A stretch of 64,000 nucleotides of DNA, from assembly GCA_003220265.1 (NCBI GenBank), contig QHRW01000112.1:8814-72813 (forward strand), written 5' to 3'. The DNA is from Candidatus Rokuibacteriota bacterium. GTDB lineage: Bacteria; Methylomirabilota; Methylomirabilia; Rokubacteriales; CSP1-6. Both the position numbers and the translations under genes were made by a program. Below the pieces are notes generated by a model. That model ran no database searches, was not told the DNA's origin, and worked only from the letters and a program-made list of their open reading frames with translations. The number at the start of each line of letters is the position of its first letter. Within the stretch, counting starts at the first letter, position 1. Positions 46,409 through 55,638 of this stretch are shown here, in pieces.

Positions 46409-47815
46409 TTGCGGCGGTTCTGGTATCGCAACTTCCGCGCGGTGTCGGGGCTGCAGTACCGGCTCGGGCGGCGACTGACGCCGGCCGGGCAGCTCGTGGC
46501 CGCCGGCATGGTGGCGGCGGTCATCGTCGGCATCAACATGCGGCTGACGGTGTCGTACCAGGCCCTGACCTTCTTCGCCGCGTTGCTGGCCGTGGCCGCC
46601 GCCCTCTCGCTGCGCCCGCCGCCGCGACTGGACCTGCGCCGCCGCCTGCCGCGCTTCGTGACGGCCGGCGAGCCCGCCAGCTATCTGGTGACCGTTCGCA
46701 ATCCCGGCACGCGCGTCGCGCGCGACCTGGCGCTGGTGGAAGAGTTTCCCGACCCGCGCCCCTCGTTCGAGGAGTTCAGCATCACGCCCGAGCCCGACGA
46801 GGCGCGCCGCAATCGCTTCGATCGCGCGCTCAAGTACTTTCGCTGGACGTGGCTGATCACCCAGCGTCGCCGGGTGACGGTCGCCGAGCAGCCGTTGCCG
46901 GCGCTCGCGCCCGGCGGCCAGGCCGAGGTCCGGCTGACGCTGACACCCCTGCGCCGCGGGCGCGTGACGTTCACGGCCACGTCGGTGGCGCGCCGCGACC
47001 CGCTGGGTCTCGTGCGCGCGCTCCGGCGGCAGCGGGCGCTCGACACGCTGCTCGTCCTTCCCAGGCGCTATCCGCTGCCGGCCATCGCGCTGCCCGGCGC
47101 GCGCCGCCATCAACCCGGCGGCGTCTCCCTCGCGTCCTCGGTGGGCGACTCCGAGGAGTTCGTGGCGCTGCGCGACTACCGGCCGGGTGACCCGCTCAAG
47201 CGCATCCACTGGCGCTCGTGGGCGCGCACGGGCCGACCGGTCGTGCGCGAGCACCACGACGAGTTCTTCGTCCGCCACGGCCTCGTGCTCGACACGTTCG
47301 TGGACGCGCCGACGCCGGCGTTCGAGGAGGCGGTGTCGGTGGCCGCCTCGTTCGCCTGCACCATCGGCACGCAGGAGTCGCTGCTCGACCTCCTCTTCGT
47401 CGGCGCCGAGGCGTACTGCGTGACGGCCGGCCGCGGCGTCGGCCACGTGGATCGCCTGCTGGAGATCCTGGCCGCCGTGCGGCCGTGCCGCGAGGGCGGC
47501 TTCGCCACCCTCACGCGGCTGGTGCTGCAGCGCGAGAGCGTGCTGAGCGGGGCGATCTGCGTGCTGGTCGCCTGGGACGAGGCCCGCCGCGACCTCGTCG
47601 CCCGCGTGCGCGCCCTCGGCGTGCCGACGCTAGCGCTGGTTGTCACGGACCGGGATCCAGAGGGTGACGAGGGCCGCCCCGAAGGGCGCCACGGCTCCGC
47701 CGGGGCGCCCCGAGCCGCCGGGGGGGTATGGGGGGCCATGTCGGGGCCCCCCATTTTGGATAACGTCCATCACCTGCGCGTTGGCCACATCGCCGAGGGA
47801 TTGGCGGCGCTCTGA
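46409..47815 (+). CDS. DUF58 (vWA-like) protein
   Basis: EF-x2-LRDY-x-PGD-x4-IHW, FEEAVSVAAS; start TTG 46409 or CTG 46400; contains repeat copy B in frame. Confidence 0.9.
   Translation: MRRFWYRNFRAVSGLQYRLGRRLTPAGQLVAAGMVAAVIVGINMRLTVSYQALTFFAALLAVAAALSLRPPPRLDLRRRLPRFVTAGEPASYLVTVRNPGTRVARDLALVEEFPDPRPSFEEFSITPEPDEARRNRFDRALKYFRWTWLITQRRRVTVAEQPLPALAPGGQAEVRLTLTPLRRGRVTFTATSVARRDPLGLVRALRRQRALDTLLVLPRRYPLPAIALPGARRHQPGGVSLASSVGDSEEFVALRDYRPGDPLKRIHWRSWARTGRPVVREHHDEFFVRHGLVLDTFVDAPTPAFEEAVSVAASFACTIGTQESLLDLLFVGAEAYCVTAGRGVGHVDRLLEILAAVRPCREGGFATLTRLVLQRESVLSGAICVLVAWDEARRDLVARVRALGVPTLALVVTDRDPEGDEGRPEGRHGSAGAPRAAGGVWGAMSGPPILDNVHHLRVGHIAEGLAAL
47665..47753. repeat. REP-like element copy B (inside the DUF58 CDS)
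   Basis: CGGCTCCGCCGGGGCG plus GGGGGGCCATGTCGGGGCCCCCC. Confidence 0.78.
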
Positions 47816-49803
47816 TGCCCCCGCTCGTCGTGGGCGCCGTGCTCGTGTTCTGGGGGTGGCAGACCGGCGTGCCCGTCGTCGGCGTGGCGATGGCGGCGGC
47901 GCTGGAAGCGCGCACGCTCATCGCCTCGCGCTGGGAGCTCACGCGCAGCGACTTCAACCGCGCCTCCGACCTCAGCGCGGTGCTGCTCGTGCTGATGGGG
48001 ATCTACCAGGCGATCGCCAACGACTCGTCGCGCGCGGTGACGGGCATCATCCAGTGGCTGCCGCTCATCGTCTTCCCCTTGATCGCGACCCAGCTCTACA
48101 GCGCGGCCGGCCGCGTCGAGGTGGCGGTCTTCTTCTGGTCGCAGCGCACGCGGCCGGGCCCCACGCCGGCCGTGGACCTGGCGCCGGCGTACTTCGGCCT
48201 CTGCCTGCTCGCGGCCAGCACCGCCAACGCGCGGACCACCTTCTACGCCGGCCTGGTGTGCCTGTCCGCCGTCGCCCTCTGGCGCGTGCGCGGGCGGCGC
48301 GGCGTGCTCGCCTGGGGCGCGGCGCTGGTGGTGGCGATCGCGCTGGGCTGGGTCGGCCACGTCTGGCTGGCGGCCGGTCAGCGCGAGCTCGAGCGCCGCG
48401 CGCAGGCCTTCTTCCTCAACTGGATTCGTCGGGGGGACCTCGATCCCTATCGCAGCACGACCGCGCTGGGCGACCTCGGGGAGCTCAAGCTCTACGACAC
48501 CATCGTGATGCGGATCGAGCCCGGCGCCGACACGCGCATGCCGATGCGGCTTCGCCAGGCGAGCTACAACGTCTACCACGGCCCGGCGTGGCTTGCCGTC
48601 GACGCGCCGTTCCGGCGCGTCCAGCCCGAAGCCGACGGGGCCACGTGGCTGCTGCGGCGCGACAGCGATCCTGCCGGGCGCGTGACGATCGCCGCGTACC
48701 TCGCGCGCGGCCGCGGCCTGCTCGCGCTGCCCGGCGGCGCCACGCGGCTGGACGAGCTGATGGTCGTCGGCCTCTCGCAGAATCGCCTGCGCGGCGTGCG
48801 CGTCGAGGAAGGTCTCGGCCTCGTCACGTACACGGCACACTTCCCGCCCGGCGGCAGCGACGAGAGCCCGCCGAACGACGCCGACCTTCGGATCCCCGTG
48901 CTCGACGCCGGCCTGCTCGATGACGTGGTCCGCGGCCTCGGGCTGCGCGGCCGGGCGCCGGCGGACATCGTGAGCGCCGTGCACGCGCATTTTCGGGGGC
49001 CGTTCAGGTACTCGCGCTACCTCCCCGGCGCGCGTCCCGGCCGCAGCGCGCTGGAGGATTTCCTGCTGACGCGCCGAACCGGGCACTGCGAGTACTTCGC
49101 CACCGCCACGGTGCTCCTCCTGCGCGCCGCGGGCGTGCCGGCCCGCTACACGGTGGGCTACGCGGCCCACGAGTGGAGCAGCGTCGAGCGGCGGTGGATC
49201 GTGCGCGCGCGCGACGCGCACGCGTGGGCCGTCGCGTGGGTCGATGGCGCGTGGACCGAGGTCGACACCACGCCGCCCGACTGGATCGACGCGGAGGCCG
49301 GCGCGGAGTCGATGTGGCGGTGGCTCGGCGACGTGTGGGAGTGGGCCAAGTTCGGGGTCGCGCGCTGGCGCTGGAGCGAGCGCGAGGATCGGCTGACCGG
49401 GAGCCTCGGCTGGCTGCTGATCCCGCTGAGCGCGATCCTCGTGTGGCGGCTGTGGGCGCGCCGCCGCATCGGCCGCGCGCGGGCCGCGGCGCCGGCGGCG
49501 GTGGGCGTGCCCGGCCGCGGCGACGATTCCGAGTTCTATGCCGTCGAGCGCCGCCTCAGCGAGCTGGGCTTTGCGCGCCCGCCGGCGGACCCGCTGCCCC
49601 GCTGGCTCGACGCCGTGCGCGAGGCGCCGCGGCCGGACGTGGCGACGGCGGCGCTGCCATCCCTGCTGGCGCTGCACTATCGCTACCGGTTCGATCCCGA
49701 CGGGCTGACGGACGCGGAGCGAGGGCGGCTGCGCGCCGAAGCCGAGCGATGGCTCGCGGCCCACGCGTCAGTGCCAGCTTCGCCGCCCGCGGGAGCGCCT
49801 TGA
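47815..49803 (+). CDS. Membrane transglutaminase-like protein (TgpA-like)
   Basis: Multi-TM N-domain; catalytic triad GHCEYFA, AHAW, DTTP. Confidence 0.92.
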   Translation: MPPLVVGAVLVFWGWQTGVPVVGVAMAAALEARTLIASRWELTRSDFNRASDLSAVLLVLMGIYQAIANDSSRAVTGIIQWLPLIVFPLIATQLYSAAGRVEVAVFFWSQRTRPGPTPAVDLAPAYFGLCLLAASTANARTTFYAGLVCLSAVALWRVRGRRGVLAWGAALVVAIALGWVGHVWLAAGQRELERRAQAFFLNWIRRGDLDPYRSTTALGDLGELKLYDTIVMRIEPGADTRMPMRLRQASYNVYHGPAWLAVDAPFRRVQPEADGATWLLRRDSDPAGRVTIAAYLARGRGLLALPGGATRLDELMVVGLSQNRLRGVRVEEGLGLVTYTAHFPPGGSDESPPNDADLRIPVLDAGLLDDVVRGLGLRGRAPADIVSAVHAHFRGPFRYSRYLPGARPGRSALEDFLLTRRTGHCEYFATATVLLLRAAGVPARYTVGYAAHEWSSVERRWIVRARDAHAWAVAWVDGAWTEVDTTPPDWIDAEAGAESMWRWLGDVWEWAKFGVARWRWSEREDRLTGSLGWLLIPLSAILVWRLWARRRIGRARAAAPAAVGVPGRGDDSEFYAVERRLSELGFARPPADPLPRWLDAVREAPRPDVATAALPSLLALHYRYRFDPDGLTDAERGRLRAEAERWLAAHASVPASPPAGAP

Positions 49804-50014
49804 TCGCGGCCTCGCGCCGGCTCGCCTGCGCGCGGTCGCGGCACGCCTCGATCCAGGCCAGCCGCACGGGGCGACGGGCGCGGGTATACTTCGACGCCGA
49901 GCCGGCGTTGTGCGCGTCCAGCCGTCGCGCGAGCGACGTGGTGATGCCCGCGTAGAGGGAGCCGTCGGCGCAGGCCAGGAGGTAGCAGAACCATCGCGCC
50001 GAGTCGATCCGCAT
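49556..50014 (-). CDS. GIY-YIG nuclease (YhbQ/UPF0213-like)
   Basis: WFCYLL-x-C-x-DGSLYAGIT-x4-RR-x3-HN-x-G-x2-SKYTR-x-RRP...RE-x2-IK. Confidence 0.88.
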   Translation of the reverse strand: MRIDSARWFCYLLACADGSLYAGITTSLARRLDAHNAGSASKYTRARRPVRLAWIEACRDRAQASRREAAIKALPRAAKLALTRGPRAIARLRRAAALAPRPSARRDRTGSDSAAPAGMAAPPSPRPAAAPRARRRASGAAGPPAGAQSPAR

Positions 50015-50023
50015 CCGTCGCCG

Positions 50024-50874
50024 ATGCTAGCACCCTCGCCGCCGCCGACCTCGAAGCGCGGCGCGCGAGCCGCTTCCGCCACCGGCCCGGCCTCCGGGTC
50101 CGCAGCGCGCGCGCGGCCCTGGATTTCGTGGAGTCCGTCGGCGTGTGCTCCACGTTCTATTGCTTCCCCGAGGGCGTGGCCTGCCTGTGGGAGGCCGTGG
50201 TCGGCCGCGCGCGGCCGCGCTGGCCGAGGCGCTCCCACCACGACGACGGCGTGGGACTGACGTGGCGTCTCAAGGACGACCTGCCGGCGGCGCGCCGCGT
50301 GTACTACGGCAAGCTGCTGCGCGGACGGCCCGTGCTGGTCGCGCTCGATCTGTTCCCCGCCTTCTACGCGCTCGCGCGCGGCCGCCAGCGCGCGCGGGAC
50401 TACACGACCGAATACGAGGCCGGCCGCCTGTCGCTCACCGCCAAGCGGCTGATGGACTCGCTCGTGCGCGAGCATCCGCAGTACACGCGCGAGCTCCGCG
50501 CCAACACGTTCCTGCTCGACCCCGGCCGCACGCGCGAGTTCGAGCGGGCGATGGCCGAGCTGCAGCAAGGCCTCTGGGTGGTGAAGACGGAAGAGCGCTA
50601 CGAGCCGACGTTCTCCTATCGCTGGGATCTCGTCGAGGCGTGGCTCCCCGAGCACGTCGCCGAGGGGCGGCGACTCACGCGCGCGGCCGCGCTGGACCGG
50701 CTGCTCGAGCGCTACGTGGCCGGGGCCACGTACGCGAGCCCGCGGCGCCTCGCGCGCCTGCTGGGCGTGCCGGACGCGGAGATCGCCGCCGCGGTGGCGC
50801 GCCTGACGCGGGCCCGCAAGCTGTTGCACACGACCGTTCCGGGCTGGCCCGGCACCTGGCTCGTGTCGCGCTGA
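50024..50874 (+). CDS. AlkZ/YcaQ-like winged-helix DNA-repair protein; 5' end apparently frameshifted
   Basis: ALDFVESVG, WRLKDDLP, VYYGKL, ELQ-x2-L pattern; the coding-like frame extends upstream of GTG 50128 while ATG 50024 is in another frame. Confidence 0.6.
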
Positions 50875-50922
50875 GGTACAGGTCCGGGTCTGCAGGGCAC
50901 GGCCGTTGCACCACATCGCGGC

Positions 50923-52068
50923 ATGTGGACCGCCGTCCGGCTGGTCGTGGTCGCGGCGTGGATGGCGGGGATCCTGGCCGGCTGCTCCGAGAAGACGCCG
51001 CCGGCGCCCACCGCGGTGCCGGTGGTCGTCGCGACGGCGGTCACGAAGCCGATGCCGGTGCGCGTGCAAGCGGTGGGCAACATCCTCGCCGCCGAGTCGG
51101 TCACCGTTCGCTCGCAGGTGACCGGCCAGCTCTCGGCGGTGCATTTCACCGAGGGGCAGGACGTCAAGCGCGGCCAGCTCCTGTTCACCATCGATCCGCG
51201 CCCGTTCGAGACGCAGCTCCAGCAGGCGCAGGCCGAGCTGACGCGCGTGCTGGCCGCGGCGGAGTTCGCGCGGCGTGAGGCCGCGCGCTACCAGGAGCTC
51301 TTCAACCGCGGGCTCGTCGCCCGCTCGCAGTACGAGCAGGTGGCGAGCAACGCCGCGTCCGCCGAGGCCATGGCCCGCGCGGCGCGGGCCGCCGTGGACA
51401 ACACGCGCCTGCAGCTCTCCTACACGGCGGTGCGGGCGCCGCTCGACGGCCGCAGCGGCCGCGTGCTCGTCGATCGCGGCAACCTCGTGCAGGCCAACGC
51501 CACGGACCTCCTGGTCATCAACCAGCTGCGCCCGATCGAGGCCAGCTTCGCCGTGCCCTCCGACTACCTCAACGAGATCCGCCGCCGGGCGGAACAGAAT
51601 GAGCTGGAGGTCACCGCCACGCCGGCCGGCGATTCCACTCCGGCCGCCGGCCGCCTGACCTTCGTCGACAACCGCGTCGATCCCCAGACGGGCACCATCC
51701 AGCTCAAGGCCACGTTCGCGAACGAGGACGCGCGGCTGTGGCCCGGGCAGTTCGTCACCGTCGTCGTCACGCTCGGCATCGAGCCGAACGCGCTCGTGGT
51801 GCCGTCGGCGGCGGTCCAGGCAGGCCAGCAGGGCACCTACGTGTTCGTCGTCAAGCCGGACGGCACCGCGGACTTGCGGCCGGTGGCCGTGGCGCGGCAG
51901 GTCGCCGACGAGACGGTGCTGGCCAAGGGACTGAATCCGGGCGAGACCGTCGTGACCGACGGGCAGCTGCGCCTGGCGCCCGGCTTGCGCGTGGAGGTCC
52001 AGAGCCAGCCGCAGCCGTCGGCATCGCCGGCCATGCCGTCGCCTGCGACGCCGGCCGGAAAGCCGTGA
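50923..52068 (+). CDS. RND efflux periplasmic adaptor (MdtA-like lipoprotein)
   Basis: LAGC lipobox, EGQ-x-VK-x-GQLL, APLDGR, DNRVD-x2-TGT, LWPGQFV. Confidence 0.94.
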   Translation: MWTAVRLVVVAAWMAGILAGCSEKTPPAPTAVPVVVATAVTKPMPVRVQAVGNILAAESVTVRSQVTGQLSAVHFTEGQDVKRGQLLFTIDPRPFETQLQQAQAELTRVLAAAEFARREAARYQELFNRGLVARSQYEQVASNAASAEAMARAARAAVDNTRLQLSYTAVRAPLDGRSGRVLVDRGNLVQANATDLLVINQLRPIEASFAVPSDYLNEIRRRAEQNELEVTATPAGDSTPAAGRLTFVDNRVDPQTGTIQLKATFANEDARLWPGQFVTVVVTLGIEPNALVVPSAAVQAGQQGTYVFVVKPDGTADLRPVAVARQVADETVLAKGLNPGETVVTDGQLRLAPGLRVEVQSQPQPSASPAMPSPATPAGKP

Positions 52069-55000
52069 GCTTCACCGCGCTGTTCATCCGGCGCGCGGTC
52101 ATGACCACGCTGATCATGGCCGGCGTCCTGTTCTTCGGCCTGCTGGGCTACCGCGAGCTCCCGGTGAGCGACCTGCCCACCGTCGATTTCCCGGCCATCA
52201 CCGTGACCGCGGCGCTGCCCGGGGCCAGCCCGGCGACGATGGCCGCCTCGGTGGCGACGCCCCTCGAGCGGGCGTTCTCGTCGGTCGCCGGCATCGACAC
52301 GATGACGTCGACCAGCACCGAGGGTCGCACGCAGATCTCCATCCTGTTCGCGCTCGACCGGGACATCGACGCCGCCGCCTCCGACGTGCAGGCGGCGATC
52401 GCCCAGGCCCAGCGCGACCTGCCTCCCGAGATGCCGACGCCGCCCTCGTTCCGCAAGGTGAACCCGGCCGACCAGCCGGTGATCTACATCGCGCTCAGCT
52501 CGGTGACGCTCCCGCTGTCGAAGGTGAACGAGTACGGCGACACGTTGATGGCCCAGCGCCTCTCGACGGTGTCGGGCGTCGCCGAGGTCCAGATCTACGG
52601 CGCCCAGAAGTACGCCGTCCGGATCCAGCTCGACCCGCGCCGCCTCGCCGCGCTCGGCCTGGGCGTCGACGACGTGGAGACGGCTGTCCGCGACGCCAAT
52701 CCGAACCTGCCCACCGGCACGCTCGAGGGCCGGCGTCAGGCGTTCACGATCGAGGCGACCGGCCAGCTCCACGAGGCAGCCGCCTTCCGCCAGGTGGTGG
52801 TGGCCTATCGCAACGGCTCGCCCGTGCGCCTGTCGGATCTCGGCCGCGTCGTGGACGGCGTCCAGGACGACCGCGTGGCGAGCTGGTACAACGGCACGCG
52901 CGCGGTGGTGCTGGCGATCAAGCGGCAGCCGGGCACCAACACCGTCCAGGTGGTGGACGGCATCAAGCGCGTGCTGCCGCAGCTCCGCTCGCAGATCCCC
53001 ACCGCCGTCGCCGTGGACGTGCTCTACGACCGTTCGGAGGCCATCCGCGAGTCGGTCCGCGACGTGCAGCTCACGCTGGTGCTGGCCATCGCCCTCGTGG
53101 TGCTGGTGATCTTCGTCTTCCTGCGCAACCTCTCGGCCACGATCATGCCGGCGGTGGCGGTGCCGCTGTCGATCGTCGGCACCTTCGGCGTCATGCGGAC
53201 GCTCGGCTACAGCCTCGACAACCTCTCGCTGATGGCGTTGACGCTGTCGGTCGGCTTCGTCGTGGACGATGCCATCGTCGTGCTCGAGAACATCGTGCGC
53301 CACGAGGAGCAGGGCATGAGCCGGATGGAGGCGGCCCTGGCCGGCTCCCGGCAGATCGCCTTCACCGTGGTGTCGATCACGCTGTCGCTGGTGGCGGTCT
53401 TCATCCCCGTGCTGTTCATGGGCGGGATCCTCGGCCGCCTGCTGCGCGAGTTCGCGGTGACGATCGCGGTGGCGATCCTGATCTCGGGCGCGGTCTCGCT
53501 GACGCTGACGCCCATGCTGGCGAGCCGCTTCCTGAAGGCCGGCGCCGAGCGCCGCGGGCGGATCTTCCAGGCGAGCGAGCGCGCGTTCGAGGCGATGCTC
53601 GGCGCCTACCGGCGCACGCTCGACTGGAGCCTGCGGCGGCGCGGCCTCGTGCTGATCGTGTTCGCGTTGAGCCTGGCCGCCACCGCCGGCCTGCTCGTGC
53701 TGATCCCCAAGGGCTTCATCCCCAGCGAGGACACCGGCCGCATCGTCGCCTTCACCGAGGGGCCGCAAGACACCTCGTTCGAGGCGATGGTGGAGCGCCA
53801 GCAGCAGGCGGCGGCGGTCGTCGCGGCCAACCCGGCCGTGGAGGCCGTCATGTCCACCGCCGGTGCCGGCGGTCCGGGCGGCAGCCGCAACAGCGGATTG
53901 CTGTTCGTGCGGCTCAAGCCACGCGGGGAACGGAAACGCGCCGACCAGGTGGTGGCCGAGCTCCGGCCCGCGCTGGCGCGCGTGCCCGGCATCCGCGTCT
54001 ATCCGCAGGTGCCGGCCTCGATCTCGATCGGCGGCTCGCTGTCGAGCGGCCTCTACCAGTACACGCTGCGCAGCGCCGACCCGGCCACGCTCTACGCCTG
54101 GGCGCCCCGGGTGGAGGAGCGGCTGCGCCGGGTCCCGGGACTGACCGACGTGAAGACCAGCCTGCAGGTGGCCAGCCCGCAGATCAGCGTGCAGATCGAT
54201 CGCGAGCGCGCGGCCGCCGAGGGCGTCACCGCGCGGCAGATCGAGACGGCTCTCTACAGCGCGTACGGCTCGCGGCAGGTCTCCACCATCTACACGCCGA
54301 CCAACACGTACTGGGTGATCATGGAGATCCTGCCGGAGCTGGAGCCCGATGCGTCCGTCCTGCCGCTCGTGCACGTCACCGCCGGGCCCGGCAAGCTCGT
54401 CCCGCTCGGGGCCGTCGCGCGGCTCGAGCGCGGGGTGGGTCCGCTCTCGGTGGACCACGTGGGGCAGCTTCCCGCGGTGACGTTCTCGTTCAACCTGGCC
54501 TCCGGAGTGGCGCTGAGCGACGCCGTCCAGCGCATCCATGCGGCCGAGCGCGAGGTGGGGCTGCCGGCCAGCATCGTGACGAGCTTCCTCGGCGCCGCCC
54601 AGCAGTTCCAGCAGTCGGTGCAGGGGATGGCGATCCTGCTGCTGGTGGCGGTGGCCGTGATCTATCTCGTGCTCGGCATTCTCTACGAAAGCTTCGTGCA
54701 CCCCCTGACGATCCTCTCGGGTCTGCCGGCGGCCGCCGTCGGCGCCCTGCTCACGCTGCTGGTCTTCGGCCGCGAGCTCGACATCTATGGCGTGGTGGGC
54801 ATGATCTTGTTGATCGGGATCGTCAAGAAGAACGCGATCATGCAGATCGACTTCGCGCTGGAGGCGCAGCGCGAGGGCCGCGATCCCGCCGCGGCGATCC
54901 GCGAGGGCGCGCTGGTGCGGTTCCGGCCGATCATGATGACGACGCTGGCCGCCATCGCCGGGGCGGTACCGATCGCGCTCGGCCTCGGCGCCGGCGGGCG

Positions 55001-55181
55001 TGCGCGCCAGCCCCTGGGCCTGGCGGTGGTGGGCGGCCTGCTGCTCTCGCAGCTCGTCACGCTGTACCTGACGCCAGTGCTTTTCCTCGCGTTCGGCGGG
55101 CTGAGCGCCCGGGTGATGCGGTTGCGCGCACGCCTGGCGTGGCGCCGACGTCCGGCGACGCGGCCGGCCGCCGGCGCGTAG
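52065..55181 (+). CDS. RND efflux permease (MdtB/C-like)
   Basis: LPVSDLP-x-VDFP, GFVVDDAIVV-x-EN, GIVKKNAIM, RFRPIMMTT. Confidence 0.95.
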   Translation: MSFTALFIRRAVMTTLIMAGVLFFGLLGYRELPVSDLPTVDFPAITVTAALPGASPATMAASVATPLERAFSSVAGIDTMTSTSTEGRTQISILFALDRDIDAAASDVQAAIAQAQRDLPPEMPTPPSFRKVNPADQPVIYIALSSVTLPLSKVNEYGDTLMAQRLSTVSGVAEVQIYGAQKYAVRIQLDPRRLAALGLGVDDVETAVRDANPNLPTGTLEGRRQAFTIEATGQLHEAAAFRQVVVAYRNGSPVRLSDLGRVVDGVQDDRVASWYNGTRAVVLAIKRQPGTNTVQVVDGIKRVLPQLRSQIPTAVAVDVLYDRSEAIRESVRDVQLTLVLAIALVVLVIFVFLRNLSATIMPAVAVPLSIVGTFGVMRTLGYSLDNLSLMALTLSVGFVVDDAIVVLENIVRHEEQGMSRMEAALAGSRQIAFTVVSITLSLVAVFIPVLFMGGILGRLLREFAVTIAVAILISGAVSLTLTPMLASRFLKAGAERRGRIFQASERAFEAMLGAYRRTLDWSLRRRGLVLIVFALSLAATAGLLVLIPKGFIPSEDTGRIVAFTEGPQDTSFEAMVERQQQAAAVVAANPAVEAVMSTAGAGGPGGSRNSGLLFVRLKPRGERKRADQVVAELRPALARVPGIRVYPQVPASISIGGSLSSGLYQYTLRSADPATLYAWAPRVEERLRRVPGLTDVKTSLQVASPQISVQIDRERAAAEGVTARQIETALYSAYGSRQVSTIYTPTNTYWVIMEILPELEPDASVLPLVHVTAGPGKLVPLGAVARLERGVGPLSVDHVGQLPAVTFSFNLASGVALSDAVQRIHAAEREVGLPASIVTSFLGAAQQFQQSVQGMAILLLVAVAVIYLVLGILYESFVHPLTILSGLPAAAVGALLTLLVFGRELDIYGVVGMILLIGIVKKNAIMQIDFALEAQREGRDPAAAIREGALVRFRPIMMTTLAAIAGAVPIALGLGAGGRARQPLGLAVVGGLLLSQLVTLYLTPVLFLAFGGLSARVMRLRARLAWRRRPATRPAAGA

Positions 55182-55236
55182 TTCTACCTTTTACAAGGCG
55201 GTATCCGCTGGCACGCGTTTCGCTCCGTCAGGACCC

Positions 55237-55638
55237 ATGAAGAAGCGCAAGACGCCCAAGGAGCGCCTGCCCGAGAACCCGCAAGAGATCGCCGAGCGTT
55301 CCGCCGCCCGCGGCGTGCCGGAGGAAGAGCTGCAGGGCCCACCGGCCAGGGAGACGGTCATCGTCCACAGCAACGTCGAGCGAGAGGTCGAGGAGGAGCG
55401 CCGGCAGTACACGCAGTCGAGCCCGCGGCTGACCGCCGGCGATCCCGACGCGGACTGGCGGCGTGCCGACAGCGTCGGCGACGAAGCGCCTGGCGGCACG
55501 GTGATGACACCGGACCAGAGCGTGGTCGACGAGATCGGCGACGCGCTGGGAGTGCCGCGGGCGCCGGACGAAGAGTTCCGCCCGTCCAGCGAGATCCTCG
55601 ATGGTCGTGACCGGTATCGCGCAGAAGAGGAGGAGTGA
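55237..55638 (+). CDS. Acidic DUF6335-like protein
   Basis: LTAGD-x-DADW-x2-A-x2-VGDEAPGG-x3-TPDQ-x-VVDEIG-x-ALG. Confidence 0.75.
   Translation: MKKRKTPKERLPENPQEIAERSAARGVPEEELQGPPARETVIVHSNVEREVEEERRQYTQSSPRLTAGDPDADWRRADSVGDEAPGGTVMTPDQSVVDEIGDALGVPRAPDEEFRPSSEILDGRDRYRAEEEE

Noticed and set aside
49556-50014. GIY-YIG as a homing endonuclease or mobile element
   Set aside because: Short YhbQ-type domain with no intron, intein or DNA-binding extension
51837-54701. 954-aa antisense ORF and similar long shadow ORFs (2104-4203, 6312-8300, 8737-10755, 47770-49764)
   Set aside because: They mirror well-supported genes on the opposite strand, as expected from high-GC codon bias, and show no motifs
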